24,327 nucleotides of DNA from an uncultured Fibrobacterales bacterium (GCA_963934255.1 CAWVXU010000036.1:1-24327), one strand, 5' to 3'; positions 7,637-17,269 are shown, numbered from the stretch's first letter. The notes: generated from the letters alone by a model not told the origin. A program made the numbers and translations.

Positions 7637-9508
7637 ATGACTAAGAAAAATATTTTACTTGTAACTCCACCTTTTACTCAACTCAACACATCTTATCCGG
7701 CCACCGCATACCTCAAGGGTTTTTTAGACTCTCAAGATGTTCACTCATGGCAAGTAGACCTGAGCATTGAATTATTTAATATTGTTTTTTCACAAGATTT
7801 CATCACTCAAGTATTTCAAGATGCCGAGTCTCAAGTAGATTCATATGATGAAATTGAGTTTCAAGAAGTGTGGAACAGCAGAAATGATTATATCTCAAAA
7901 GTAGATACGGTCATCCAATATCTAAGACAACCTGAAGTCACAGCAGCTTATCAAATATTGAGCTTTGAATACTTACCTCATGGTCATCGCAAGGTAAAAT
8001 CAAATGAAAGTATGACATCGGCCTTTGGTACATTAGGCATACTTGATCGAGCAAAATATCTAGCCACTCAGTTTATTGATGAATTGGGAGACTTTATTCG
8101 TGGGAATATTGACCAGTTTTTTGCATTCACAAAATATGCCGAAAAAATTGCAACGTCTGCAAGCAGCTTTGATCAAATTGACCAATTTCTACAATATGAA
8201 CCAACATTAATTGAAGAGCAAATGCTCGCTCTGCTTGAAACTAAAATTGAGGCTTACAAACCTGATTTAATTTGTTTTACCATTCCTTTTCCAGGTAATC
8301 TATTTTCAGCACTCAGATGCTCACAGTTTATCAAAGGCTATTTCCCTCAGATTAAAATCGCATTTGGTGGTGGATATTGTAACACCGAGCTCTTATCATT
8401 ATCAGACCCGACCGTCTTTGACTATGTTGATTATATCGCCACCGGTGATGGAGAAGGTCCACTCCTGAGGATTTTACAACACATAAAAGGTGAGATTCAA
8501 GAAAGTGGACTAGAAAGAACTTATACACGAGTCGCTGGTTTAGTCGTTTTTCAAAACAATCTTCCCAATACGGTTTATCATCATAAAGATCTGCCTGCAC
8601 CAAGCTATAATGGACTCCCATTAGATGAATACCTCTCATTCTTAGATGTAATGAATCCAATGCACCGTATGTGGAGTGATGGTCGTTGGAATAAACTCAC
8701 AATTGCTCATGGCTGTTATTGGAAACAATGTTCTTTTTGTGATGTGAACTTGGATTACATCAGTCAGTATCAAAACACTACTGCTGAGAATCTTGTTGAT
8801 AAGATTCAAAAAATTGTTGCCGAGACAGGGTCCACAGGATTTCACTTTGTAGATGAAGCGGCTCCTCCACAGGCCCTTAAAAGGATGGCGAATTTATTGA
8901 TCGAAAGAAAAGTCGATATTACTTGGTGGACGAATATTCGATTTGAGAAAACCTTTTCATCGAAGTTCTGTCGTTTACTCGCAAAATCTGGCTGTATTGC
9001 AGTGACGGGAGGATTAGAAACTGCTTCGGATCGACTCCTTGGCAAAATGAACAAGGGTGTTGATATTGCTCAAGTGGCTCAAGTCACCAAAGCCTTTGCT
9101 GAACACGGAATAATGGTGCATGCCTATTTGATGTATGGCTTTCCCACTCAGACAGCTCAAGAGACTGTGGATTCACTAGAGATTGTGAGGCAGCTATTTG
9201 AATACAATTGTATCCAGTCCGCTTTCTGGCATCAATTCACAACTACCGCTCATAGCCCAATTGGTAAAAATCCAGAAAAATTTGGTATTAAAATAACAGG
9301 TCCAGAGTTTCATGGCTTTGCTCAAAATGACTTATACCATGAAGACCCAACCGGCACATCTCATAGTGACTTTACTCAGGGGTTAAATTCGGCGCTTCAA
9401 AGCTATCTCAATGGTAAAGATTTTGACAAGCCTTTAAGAGAGTGGTTTGACTTTAAGGTAGAAGAAACGAGTCATCCTAAAGGATTTATAGCTTCGATAT
9501 TTCAGTAA
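7637..9508 (+). CDS. B12-binding-domain radical SAM protein
   Basis: N-terminal PPFTQLNTSYPA, B12-domain GGGY/GDGE and cluster motif GCYWKQCSFC (CX4CX2C), then HFVDE, GGLE and AYLMYGFP. ATG 7637 is preferred over GTG 7625 because AGGTG (7623-7627) sits at SD distance. Confidence 0.9.
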   Translation: MTKKNILLVTPPFTQLNTSYPATAYLKGFLDSQDVHSWQVDLSIELFNIVFSQDFITQVFQDAESQVDSYDEIEFQEVWNSRNDYISKVDTVIQYLRQPEVTAAYQILSFEYLPHGHRKVKSNESMTSAFGTLGILDRAKYLATQFIDELGDFIRGNIDQFFAFTKYAEKIATSASSFDQIDQFLQYEPTLIEEQMLALLETKIEAYKPDLICFTIPFPGNLFSALRCSQFIKGYFPQIKIAFGGGYCNTELLSLSDPTVFDYVDYIATGDGEGPLLRILQHIKGEIQESGLERTYTRVAGLVVFQNNLPNTVYHHKDLPAPSYNGLPLDEYLSFLDVMNPMHRMWSDGRWNKLTIAHGCYWKQCSFCDVNLDYISQYQNTTAENLVDKIQKIVAETGSTGFHFVDEAAPPQALKRMANLLIERKVDITWWTNIRFEKTFSSKFCRLLAKSGCIAVTGGLETASDRLLGKMNKGVDIAQVAQVTKAFAEHGIMVHAYLMYGFPTQTAQETVDSLEIVRQLFEYNCIQSAFWHQFTTTAHSPIGKNPEKFGIKITGPEFHGFAQNDLYHEDPTGTSHSDFTQGLNSALQSYLNGKDFDKPLREWFDFKVEETSHPKGFIASIFQ

Positions 9509-9579
9509 GGAATAAAAAAAGTCCAACTGAAATTGTCTTGTAGGGCTTTTTAACGGTTCTTAATCCTTTTCAGACCTTC

Positions 9580-9834
9580 TTAGCTCTCTTCAGATTTATC
9601 AGAGTCTTCTTCTAATTGACTTGATTCAGTCTCCTGAGTCTCTTCTTGTTGGCGAAGCTCACACTCTCTTTTTTTCTCTTCCGGACAACCGAAGCATTCT
9701 AGCTCCTCTCCGTCAACCACAACCGGGTCAGATCCACACCCAGCCTTCATGGCCTCATCCAGAACAAACAGTTTGATAGCCATACCACCTACAAATAGTA
9801 TAATAAGGCCAAGTACAACTATAAATCCAAGCAT
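9580..9834 (-). CDS. Small single-TM membrane protein with four Cys (NqrM/DUF539-like) and acidic tail
   Basis: SD GAGGAG. Hydrophobic N-terminus ending GMAIK, then C33, C47, C50, C58 and an E/S-rich tail. Confidence 0.65.
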   Translation of the reverse strand: MLGFIVVLGLIILFVGGMAIKLFVLDEAMKAGCGSDPVVVDGEELECFGCPEEKKRECELRQQEETQETESSQLEEDSDKSEES

Positions 9835-9860
9835 AATATCTCCTCTATTAACACAAGGTG

Positions 9861-12800
9861 CTAGAATGAATAATTGACTCTAGCCCCGGTGTATAAATCG
9901 GTAAATTCTTCATTGAGGTCTTGAGGTCGCCCAAATGAATCGAAGCGAACAAACCCTTCAGTGTAGAATTTAGAATTAATATTGTATTTAATTGTCGATC
10001 CGAGATAATAGTCAAGCTCTTCCCTGACTTTTGTTCCCTTTTCTTTGCGAAGCTCATACTCAGAAGTTGTTTCAGCAGTTGAGTGAACATCTTGGGCCCA
10101 TCTAGAATCGTCCTCCAGAGGGGAGTTAACTAAGGTACCGTCTAATGCATAGACCTCTTCGTAGTATCTAAGTTTCTTAGCATCGGTAATAGTCGTATCA
10201 ATGAAATAAAAGAGATCGGTATCATATTCAGTTTTTTTAGAACGAACGCCGAAGTCAAGCGAAACATTAACTGATTGTGGGATAGCATCAAAACTGAGTG
10301 AATTATTTAAACTATACTCATTCAGTACTTCATTATCAATCTCATATGACTTTGTAAGGTACTTCACTGTGGTTCGATTTTTCCAAAGATCAAAATGTCC
10401 TGTCCATGTCAATGGAAGTTCAAGTTGAGTATAGTCATTTCCACTATAATAGTATCCCAGTTTAGCCCAAGTTGCATTAGTTAATTTCAAGTCATCAGGA
10501 GAGCTGTCAGATCTAAAGAAGCTATAGTCTGTCGCCATAGAGTAAGTTCCACCCAAGCGAACCGAAGACTTTCTATTGTATTTCCAACGAACATAAGTTC
10601 CGACCGAGTGATTGTGGTATTCATCAACAAAATTGGTAGCCAAGGTATCAGAAAGACCAATGAAGTCATTCCACTTTTGAGTATCAACGCCAACCTCTTC
10701 ACCATAATGAGTGAGTGTTATATCAGTTCCTTTAAAGTAAGAATCCAAGAACACACCAGCATTAAGAGAAGTGTCTTTTTCAAGAACGCGATTGGTCTGT
10801 TGTCTTTCTTGATTAAACGAATAATAAAGTTCTAATTCTATATCATGAGGAAGAAAAAAGTACTCTTCAACACTCACATTTTGAGTGAATTTGGGTCGTA
10901 AACGATCTTGATCTAGATCATCAAATTGCGTTTCATCCTTAGTAAAGCCTAAGGCTGTACCTTCACCATAACCCAATAAGTTCATGTGTTGTTCTGCCCC
11001 AGAGGCATTTTCAACATACGCCCCATAATTCACAACACTTTCCCACCAATTAGTCACACCTTGAGACCAACTTAATTCGTAAACTCTAGAATTATTGTTT
11101 AGGTTAGGAGAGCCTGGTGAGTAAAATGTGGTACCCATAAACTGAGCGCGACCATAGATATTCGTTCTCCCTAAATTAATTTCCATAATGGTTTGACCAC
11201 CCCAACTTTGAGAACTTTTTCTAAATCCATAAAAAGTAAGCTTATCTAATGAATCCCTGATTGAAGCCTCATTTTGATCTACTTCAGCCATCGCAGCCCA
11301 AGCATTGCCAACGTATTCATTTGGAAGGTAGTCTGATATTAATGCCACATTAGGATTAGGAACTCTTTTTAACTCTTCTTTAAGATAATCAGCTAGTTCA
11401 ACAATGTTGTTTTCTTTAATAAATTGATCAATAGCGAGGTCTCTAGCAATTTCAAGAGAGTCAGATGAGCCATGTACCAATGCAACATTTAGTCTAAAAG
11501 CTTGATTGCTAGTGGTATAATCCCATTCAGTAAAGGCTGCTTGAGCTTGCACGAGTGGCTCAGCCAAAATGGATTCGGTTTTCAAGTCATTACGATAAAA
11601 CAAGAGATCGTCTCTTTTTTCTTGGGTATGCACAAGTCCATAATCCATGCGAAGATTAGGACTTTTTTGATAGGCTAATTTACCCATTACCAAAATTTCT
11701 TGAGCACGTGCATTGCCAGGCCAAGCTTCGTCAAAGAAGTATTCAGGGTTATGCTCACCCTCATCAAGAGGCCTTGATGATTCACCCCATAAAACAGTTG
11801 TCCTCCATTTATCTTGTCCAGCTTGATTTTTGGATCCATTTTCAACATACTTCACACCCATCACATCTCGTGAAGATAAAATCAAATCATGTGAACTTTC
11901 ATTCATGTCACCCAAAACAAGTGAGCGATCAGGAGAATCATATCTTAAAGTTGTCGGCTTGGTAAATAGACCCGTCGAGTCATCATATATTCCATCCAGA
12001 CTCATTTCAATCGAGTGGCTATCCAATTCAGTTAAGGTGTACACAGACCCTAAGACTTCGAAACCCTCAATTTGTTTGTCATTGGGATATTGACTACCAG
12101 GACTAATGGTGTCTCCATTAAAATCTTGCACTCTGTCTGTTTCATTATACCCTTGATCAACATTGTGATAAGCCAGTCCGGCACTTAAATTGCCCATATG
12201 ACTGAACTGAAACTCAGCGGATTCACTATCAACACTTATTAATTCACCCTTGTATGCTGCCAAACGATTTTTAGATAAAAGTAATTTTGATTTATTTTTT
12301 CCCGAAAGTTTGCCAGTAATGTGTAAAAGTTGTTCTTTTGATAGATGAACATAGTTATCAACGTTTGAGTTGACGCCTGAGTATCCCGTTGATTTAAAAC
12401 TTAAAAGTCCATCTTCAGTTTTTAGTTTTTTGAAGTGAGTAGTTGATGCAAAACCTATTCTATTGTCTCGAACCGTTGTATTTACAAACTTAGCTGACAC
12501 ACTATCTAGTAGCACAACGCCATAGTCATTGCGATAAATATCAGATCGTTTTGATTCTACAGAGCCATATTCATTGATAGTGACCCCATATACATTTTCT
12601 GTAATTTTAGTGTTTTCAATTTTGACTTGTGAATAGGATTCAGAGTATATACCAGTCTGGTGCCCTCCTCTGATTTGTGAATTCATTAACTTCACATCTG
12701 AGTTAATTGCTCGGATGGCCTGAAAATGGTTTCGTTTAAAGGTTGCTCTATTGAATTCAGCAGATGAGTTAATGACCTCAACACCATTTTTAGAATGTTG

Positions 12801-14300
12801 AAATTCTACATAGTTGAAATGCGAAGTATAAGGCGATTGAACAACAATACCAGCCCAATCGCCAACCTCGGAATTAGCTTTTGAAGAAACAAACCTCACA
12901 GGGTCAGTCACACTACCTTGGACATCAATTTGACCAAATACTTGAATCTCAGTCGTTTTACCATAAATCAAGAATGTAACGCCCGCCTCTACACGGACAA
13001 TTTTACCCGCGGGAACTACCATTGATTGAGAAATAACATAAGGAGATTTTGCTTTGTATAAAGTGTCTGGAAGGTCAGTACCTTTAAGATGAGTACCATT
13101 AATTGCAGCAATCTCACGTTGACGTTTCATGATTCTATCTCGCTCTTGAATTTTCTTTAACCCTTCCGGTGGAATAATTTGAGGGCTAAGAACTCTTTTG
13201 ACCCACAGATGTAAATCTGTACCTAGTTGATCTAAGGCATCAACGGCTAAAGTTTTGTTTTTAGCCACCTTTTTGCGAAAAACTTTTACAATGCTTTGGT
13301 CTTGGACACGTAGAACCTGAAGTTCGACTAGATATTCTCTATCGGAACGAATAACGCGTCCCATAACAGCATGAGATACATTATTAAAACTGGAGAAAAG
13401 AGATGCACAATTGATTTCCGTACATTCTCGCTGAGTCCCAAGAACAGTGGGTAAAAGCATCGTATCTGGATGAACATATTTAATTTTCATCCCATGTGCA
13501 TGCTCAATTTGAGCATCTCGCCAGGAACTCATCCCAAGGAAACTTAAATCATTTGTCTGGGGTATAAAATAAACAAGATCACCTTTGGAAGTCCTATCAG
13601 CATCTGATGAATTTAGTGCTTTTATCTGACTCAAGCTATCTAATGAATAAGCTAAATCTTGATCCATTTTTTCAATCTGCCAGCGAATCTCATCAACTAC
13701 GATTGCCTCTTTTATTAATTTAACCGTAAAAGCATAACGGCCTGGAGACTTTGGAGTCGGAAGTTTGACAGTCCAATTTCCATTAGTATCTACTAAAGAT
13801 TGGTGGCCTCTTACTTCAACCAAATGCATCTTCGGCGCAGTACCCGACATCACCATTGTATCTGCAAATAAAACAGAACTATTAGGTGGAGTCAAAACCA
13901 CAAAACTTGCGTATGATTTTTGAAAACCTTTTGGCTTTGGCTTTACTTCAACCTTTGCAATTGGCTTTGCAACTGCTTTTGTAACTGCTTTTGTAACTGG
14001 CTTTGTAACTGGCTTTGTAACTGGCTTTGCAACTGCTTTTGTAACTGCTTTTGTAACTGGCTTTGTAACTGGCTTTGTAACTGGCTTTGTAACTGGCTTT
14101 GTAACTGTAGGTTTTGGTATAACCGCAGCTGGCTTGACACTTAGTGTCTTTTTGACCGCAGGTACCGGTGGTTGAACTTTTTCAACTAACGGTTTATCTA
14201 CTGGTTTTTCTTCTGGTTTCGAGTCTTGCGACCATGTCATTGTTGCCATTGTTGCCATAAGAACAAGGCTCATTAAATATTTTGAATAGTTCAAATTCAT
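9861..14300 (-). CDS. 1479-aa secreted multidomain protein: signal peptide, P/K/V/T repeat linker, Ig-like domain, right-handed beta-helix, probable C-terminal outer-membrane beta-barrel
   Basis: Signal-like N-terminus ending TWS/QD; SPYVI...VPAG...VEAGV...G...PVRF...GDWAGI beta-helix cap followed by N..G-I repeats; C-terminal half rich in alternating aromatic strands and ending GARVNYSF. SD GGGAG. Confidence 0.8.
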   Translation of the reverse strand: MNLNYSKYLMSLVLMATMATMTWSQDSKPEEKPVDKPLVEKVQPPVPAVKKTLSVKPAAVIPKPTVTKPVTKPVTKPVTKPVTKAVTKAVAKPVTKPVTKPVTKAVTKAVAKPIAKVEVKPKPKGFQKSYASFVVLTPPNSSVLFADTMVMSGTAPKMHLVEVRGHQSLVDTNGNWTVKLPTPKSPGRYAFTVKLIKEAIVVDEIRWQIEKMDQDLAYSLDSLSQIKALNSSDADRTSKGDLVYFIPQTNDLSFLGMSSWRDAQIEHAHGMKIKYVHPDTMLLPTVLGTQRECTEINCASLFSSFNNVSHAVMGRVIRSDREYLVELQVLRVQDQSIVKVFRKKVAKNKTLAVDALDQLGTDLHLWVKRVLSPQIIPPEGLKKIQERDRIMKRQREIAAINGTHLKGTDLPDTLYKAKSPYVISQSMVVPAGKIVRVEAGVTFLIYGKTTEIQVFGQIDVQGSVTDPVRFVSSKANSEVGDWAGIVVQSPYTSHFNYVEFQHSKNGVEVINSSAEFNRATFKRNHFQAIRAINSDVKLMNSQIRGGHQTGIYSESYSQVKIENTKITENVYGVTINEYGSVESKRSDIYRNDYGVVLLDSVSAKFVNTTVRDNRIGFASTTHFKKLKTEDGLLSFKSTGYSGVNSNVDNYVHLSKEQLLHITGKLSGKNKSKLLLSKNRLAAYKGELISVDSESAEFQFSHMGNLSAGLAYHNVDQGYNETDRVQDFNGDTISPGSQYPNDKQIEGFEVLGSVYTLTELDSHSIEMSLDGIYDDSTGLFTKPTTLRYDSPDRSLVLGDMNESSHDLILSSRDVMGVKYVENGSKNQAGQDKWRTTVLWGESSRPLDEGEHNPEYFFDEAWPGNARAQEILVMGKLAYQKSPNLRMDYGLVHTQEKRDDLLFYRNDLKTESILAEPLVQAQAAFTEWDYTTSNQAFRLNVALVHGSSDSLEIARDLAIDQFIKENNIVELADYLKEELKRVPNPNVALISDYLPNEYVGNAWAAMAEVDQNEASIRDSLDKLTFYGFRKSSQSWGGQTIMEINLGRTNIYGRAQFMGTTFYSPGSPNLNNNSRVYELSWSQGVTNWWESVVNYGAYVENASGAEQHMNLLGYGEGTALGFTKDETQFDDLDQDRLRPKFTQNVSVEEYFFLPHDIELELYYSFNQERQQTNRVLEKDTSLNAGVFLDSYFKGTDITLTHYGEEVGVDTQKWNDFIGLSDTLATNFVDEYHNHSVGTYVRWKYNRKSSVRLGGTYSMATDYSFFRSDSSPDDLKLTNATWAKLGYYYSGNDYTQLELPLTWTGHFDLWKNRTTVKYLTKSYEIDNEVLNEYSLNNSLSFDAIPQSVNVSLDFGVRSKKTEYDTDLFYFIDTTITDAKKLRYYEEVYALDGTLVNSPLEDDSRWAQDVHSTAETTSEYELRKEKGTKVREELDYYLGSTIKYNINSKFYTEGFVRFDSFGRPQDLNEEFTDLYTGARVNYSF
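13953..14108. repeat. In-frame 12-bp tandem repeat (13 units) with a 60-bp higher-order duplication
   Basis: Units resemble (C/T)TTTG(T/C)AACTG(G/C) and encode PVTK/AVTK/AVAK on the minus strand. 13965-14024 is identical to 14025-14084. Confidence 0.97.
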
Positions 14301-14327
14301 TAAACTTCTCCCCCAAGGAGTAGAAAA

Positions 14328-16325
14328 TTACCGTACAATTTCAATTACTTTGTTTACTTCTTTAACAGGCCCTTGCTGAGGAGTGACTCTCACAATAATT
14401 TTATTCCGGAGCCCGCGCTCAAGTGGAATATCAATATTAAAGTTAACATCATTTATTTGTGATTGACGAAGTACATGTCTAAAGTTTGCCGCAGCGTTTA
14501 TTACCACAATTTCTTTAATATAAGCCGGATTGTCTTCAGGAAGATTTCTGATTCTTATATCAAATAATTCCCTTAAATTCTCAACTCGTCCTGGTGGCAT
14601 AGGTGGAACTCTGATTTTACCTGATTGAGTTGGCGATATTAATGAGACAACAAACTCAACTCTTGGCCAATAGGAGATGACTGCAAATGTTTTCAGTGTC
14701 ACATTTCCAGCAAGGTCAGTCGCTTCAATTTCGTATTTATTATCACCAGGCTCTAGCTTTAAGGCGCGTCCGACAACATTAACAGAGGATTCAAATTCTT
14801 CAAAAACATCACCATTGACTGAGTAACGAATCTTCACAGCATCACCTTCTATCTGAGTGACATTAGTGCGAATAATACCTTTGAGATCATCAATGCTTGC
14901 AGTAATCAGAGCAGGCTGAGTGTTAACACCCTTAGCTGTTCTGTCGGCCTCTATAGTTATGGTCTCTACAATCTCACCCTGGGGGCTTTTAAGCTTCACC
15001 CTCAGCTCTTTAATATCCCACGTTCGAGCAGCATCACTCACCATAAAGTCATAAGAGAAAGTTTTAGCTGGATTAGTTAATTCAACCGAACGCTGCCCTG
15101 CTGTTAATATAAGGCGCGTATCCTTCCCTGAATAAGCCCCTTTAACCGTAATTTTACCTGATGTAACTTTGACTGTTTTTGCTGTAAGTAATTCTAATTT
15201 TAACTCTTCTACGGGACGGATGTAATTGAATGAGACCTTACCTAAATCAATTACTTTAGAGCCTAAGACACATTTAGCTATGAAATTTCTAGGTCCTTCT
15301 TCGTGCTCTGGCCATCTCAAGATCAAAGACCATTTACCTTCTTTGGAATCAACACTTAACGCTCCAACGGTCACAACACCACCATTAGGACATGTACCTT
15401 GAAGCGTGAGTTCTGGGACATCAATTTCAGTTTTGTATGTCCCTATGGACGCAATTGAGGCGCTCACATCCAAATTAATAGAATCCTTTAAAGTTGAGTC
15501 AACTAATGCAGTAGGCAAAACTTCTGGTGGCTCTACAAATGCACTATCTAAATTCATTTGCAGTGCTTCTAAACTATCAAGAGCTTTAACTGCCTCACCT
15601 TGAAGAGAATCGGGCAAGTTATCGAACAATGAATTTAGACCCAAAATTTCTTCAGGAAGCACTTCATCTTGAGGTAATTCGGTTAGTTTTTTTTCAATTG
15701 AGGCTAATTTCTTAAGAACATGCCTAAGACCTTTGGTGTTTTTAAACTTGTGAACCTTGAAAATACCACCTGCGGCAATAGCTATTTGGTTGGGCTTAAT
15801 CTTAAAAGCCTGACCTGATGATGATTTTAAATGAAGAGCACCTTTAGTAAGATAGATTACCGACCCGGATTTCATGAGTCCAAAGCCACCCGATGTTCCT
15901 CGAATAGCAGCCGTTGCGGTGACTGATTCAAATTTGAATTTGGACTTGGCAGAGGTCAACTTCTTTATGTTAAATAGAACATTACCCTTTTTAACCCCGA
16001 TAGTTGAAGTTTTTGATTCACCCTTTTCTAGGAGTTCTTTCATTGAAACCACTGAGTTCTCTTCAATAGTTAAGATAGTACCTGTACTAAAAAGAATTTC
16101 AACATTGGCGTCTGCAAATGTCCGAATACGATCTCGATGCCTAATTTTAGCACCTACCTTAACAGGCTTCCAACTACCCTTGCTACCTTTTTGCATCTGC
16201 ACGTCGCCAACAACATTTTTAGCCGTCGCTTTTTGTGAAGTTTGTGCCAAAGAGTATTGGCTCAATAGCAATGTCAAGATCAACACACTGAACCAGGGCA
16301 TTATTTTAAGCGATTTTAATATCAT
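14328..16325 (-). CDS. Secreted FecR-domain protein with C-terminal Ig-like repeats
   Basis: Signal peptide (SLA/Q), G.V....W..VKVG....D.IRT and TATAAIRGT FecR-domain motifs; C-terminal LEPGDNKYEIEATDLAGN Ig-like motif. SD GGAG at 16333-16336. Confidence 0.85.
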   Translation of the reverse strand: MILKSLKIMPWFSVLILTLLLSQYSLAQTSQKATAKNVVGDVQMQKGSKGSWKPVKVGAKIRHRDRIRTFADANVEILFSTGTILTIEENSVVSMKELLEKGESKTSTIGVKKGNVLFNIKKLTSAKSKFKFESVTATAAIRGTSGGFGLMKSGSVIYLTKGALHLKSSSGQAFKIKPNQIAIAAGGIFKVHKFKNTKGLRHVLKKLASIEKKLTELPQDEVLPEEILGLNSLFDNLPDSLQGEAVKALDSLEALQMNLDSAFVEPPEVLPTALVDSTLKDSINLDVSASIASIGTYKTEIDVPELTLQGTCPNGGVVTVGALSVDSKEGKWSLILRWPEHEEGPRNFIAKCVLGSKVIDLGKVSFNYIRPVEELKLELLTAKTVKVTSGKITVKGAYSGKDTRLILTAGQRSVELTNPAKTFSYDFMVSDAARTWDIKELRVKLKSPQGEIVETITIEADRTAKGVNTQPALITASIDDLKGIIRTNVTQIEGDAVKIRYSVNGDVFEEFESSVNVVGRALKLEPGDNKYEIEATDLAGNVTLKTFAVISYWPRVEFVVSLISPTQSGKIRVPPMPPGRVENLRELFDIRIRNLPEDNPAYIKEIVVINAAANFRHVLRQSQINDVNFNIDIPLERGLRNKIIVRVTPQQGPVKEVNKVIEIVR

Positions 16326-16365
16326 AATATTTCTCCGAAAGTGATTTTCACAATCTGCTACCTAC

Positions 16366-16374
16366 ATAATAGCA
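16366..16374 (-). promoter_or_regulatory. Possible extended -10 promoter for the FecR operon
   Basis: TGcTATTAT on the minus strand, 40 nt upstream of ATG 16325. Confidence 0.4.
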
Positions 16375-16484
16375 CTTTTTATTCTGAATTTTAAAGGGTT
16401 ATCAATAGTTATGTGTTTTTGTTCACATCTTATTTGCCTTTTGTCTGAGTTTAAGTTACTTTCCAATCAAAATATGAGGTAATT

Positions 16485-16775
16485 ATGGCAGAGCACGTGG
16501 ATGATTTAACAATCCAATATGAAGATGAAGACGGTACAGTAACTTGTAAAGTCTTGGATAAAACAGTCTTATCAAAAGGCGCATGGGCAACTCTCATGTA
16601 CAAATATCAGGATTTGAACCGTACTTCTGGTGAATATGGACCTGAAAAAGTTTCTATCCGTCGATACCAAAAACGCGATGGTGAATACCGTCCAAAATCA
16701 AAGTTCAATATTTCTAGCGCTAAACAAGCTAAGCAAATTATTGAAATACTTGAGGGCTGGTTTCCAGAGGAATAA
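16485..16775 (+). CDS. Hypothetical protein, 96 aa (possible PC4/YdbC-like nucleic-acid-binding fold)
   Basis: SD GAGGT. Stop abuts the ybeY start (TAAATG). Segment KVSIRRYQKRDGEYRPKSKFNIS followed by an amphipathic helix. Confidence 0.75.
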   Translation: MAEHVDDLTIQYEDEDGTVTCKVLDKTVLSKGAWATLMYKYQDLNRTSGEYGPEKVSIRRYQKRDGEYRPKSKFNISSAKQAKQIIEILEGWFPEE

Positions 16776-17207
16776 ATGGAAGAATACCCCTTTGATATTC
16801 ATTTTCACATTGAAAACGACGTTTTGGACAGCTTCAAGCAAGAAGGCGAGCTCTTAAAGCTTTGTCAGCAGATTCTCATTGAAGAAGAACAAATCGGTGA
16901 TGTAAATATAATTTTGACTAATGATGCCCATGTTCGGTTACTCAACCTTGAATTTCGTAAAAAGGATAAAACGACCGATGTTTTGAGCTTCCCTTGGAAT
17001 GATGAAGATATTTTAGGTGAAGTTTATATTTCTGTCCCTCAAGTCGCGCGCCAAGCACCTCGGTTTGAAAATTCCTTTGAAAATGAATTCAAACGAATGT
17101 TCATACATGGTTTGCTGCATTTATGTGCTTATGACCATATGAAACCAGATGAAAGAAAAGAAATGCGGACTCGTGAGGAAGAAATTCTCGGATGGAAAAT
17201 TTATTAA
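16776..17207 (+). CDS. ybeY: rRNA maturation endoribonuclease YbeY
   Basis: LNLEFRKKDKTTDVLSFP, LGEVYIS and the zinc motif HGLLHLCAYDH. Confidence 0.96.
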   Translation: MEEYPFDIHFHIENDVLDSFKQEGELLKLCQQILIEEEQIGDVNIILTNDAHVRLLNLEFRKKDKTTDVLSFPWNDEDILGEVYISVPQVARQAPRFENSFENEFKRMFIHGLLHLCAYDHMKPDERKEMRTREEEILGWKIY

Positions 17208-17269
17208 GCTGAGAATTACTAAATTAACTCTACCTTATGACAAGGAATCTCTTTTGACAAGGACACAAT

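Noticed and set aside
9509..9579. Terminator between the convergent radical SAM and 4-Cys genes
   Set aside because: Only a weak AAAAAGTCC/GGGCTTTTT pairing with a large loop; not convincing.
13953..14108. Repeat array as CRISPR
   Set aside because: Contiguous 12-bp units without spacers, inside a CDS, and no cas genes.
13920..14144. Cys/Trp-rich + strand ORF (CNWL/CNCF repeats) resembling a RiPP precursor or metallothionein, and the QSQL-repeat ORF 13943-14140
   Set aside because: Both are alternative readings of the 12-bp repeat inside the 1479-aa gene. A stop-free repeat unit keeps several frames open, and neither has an SD or supporting context.
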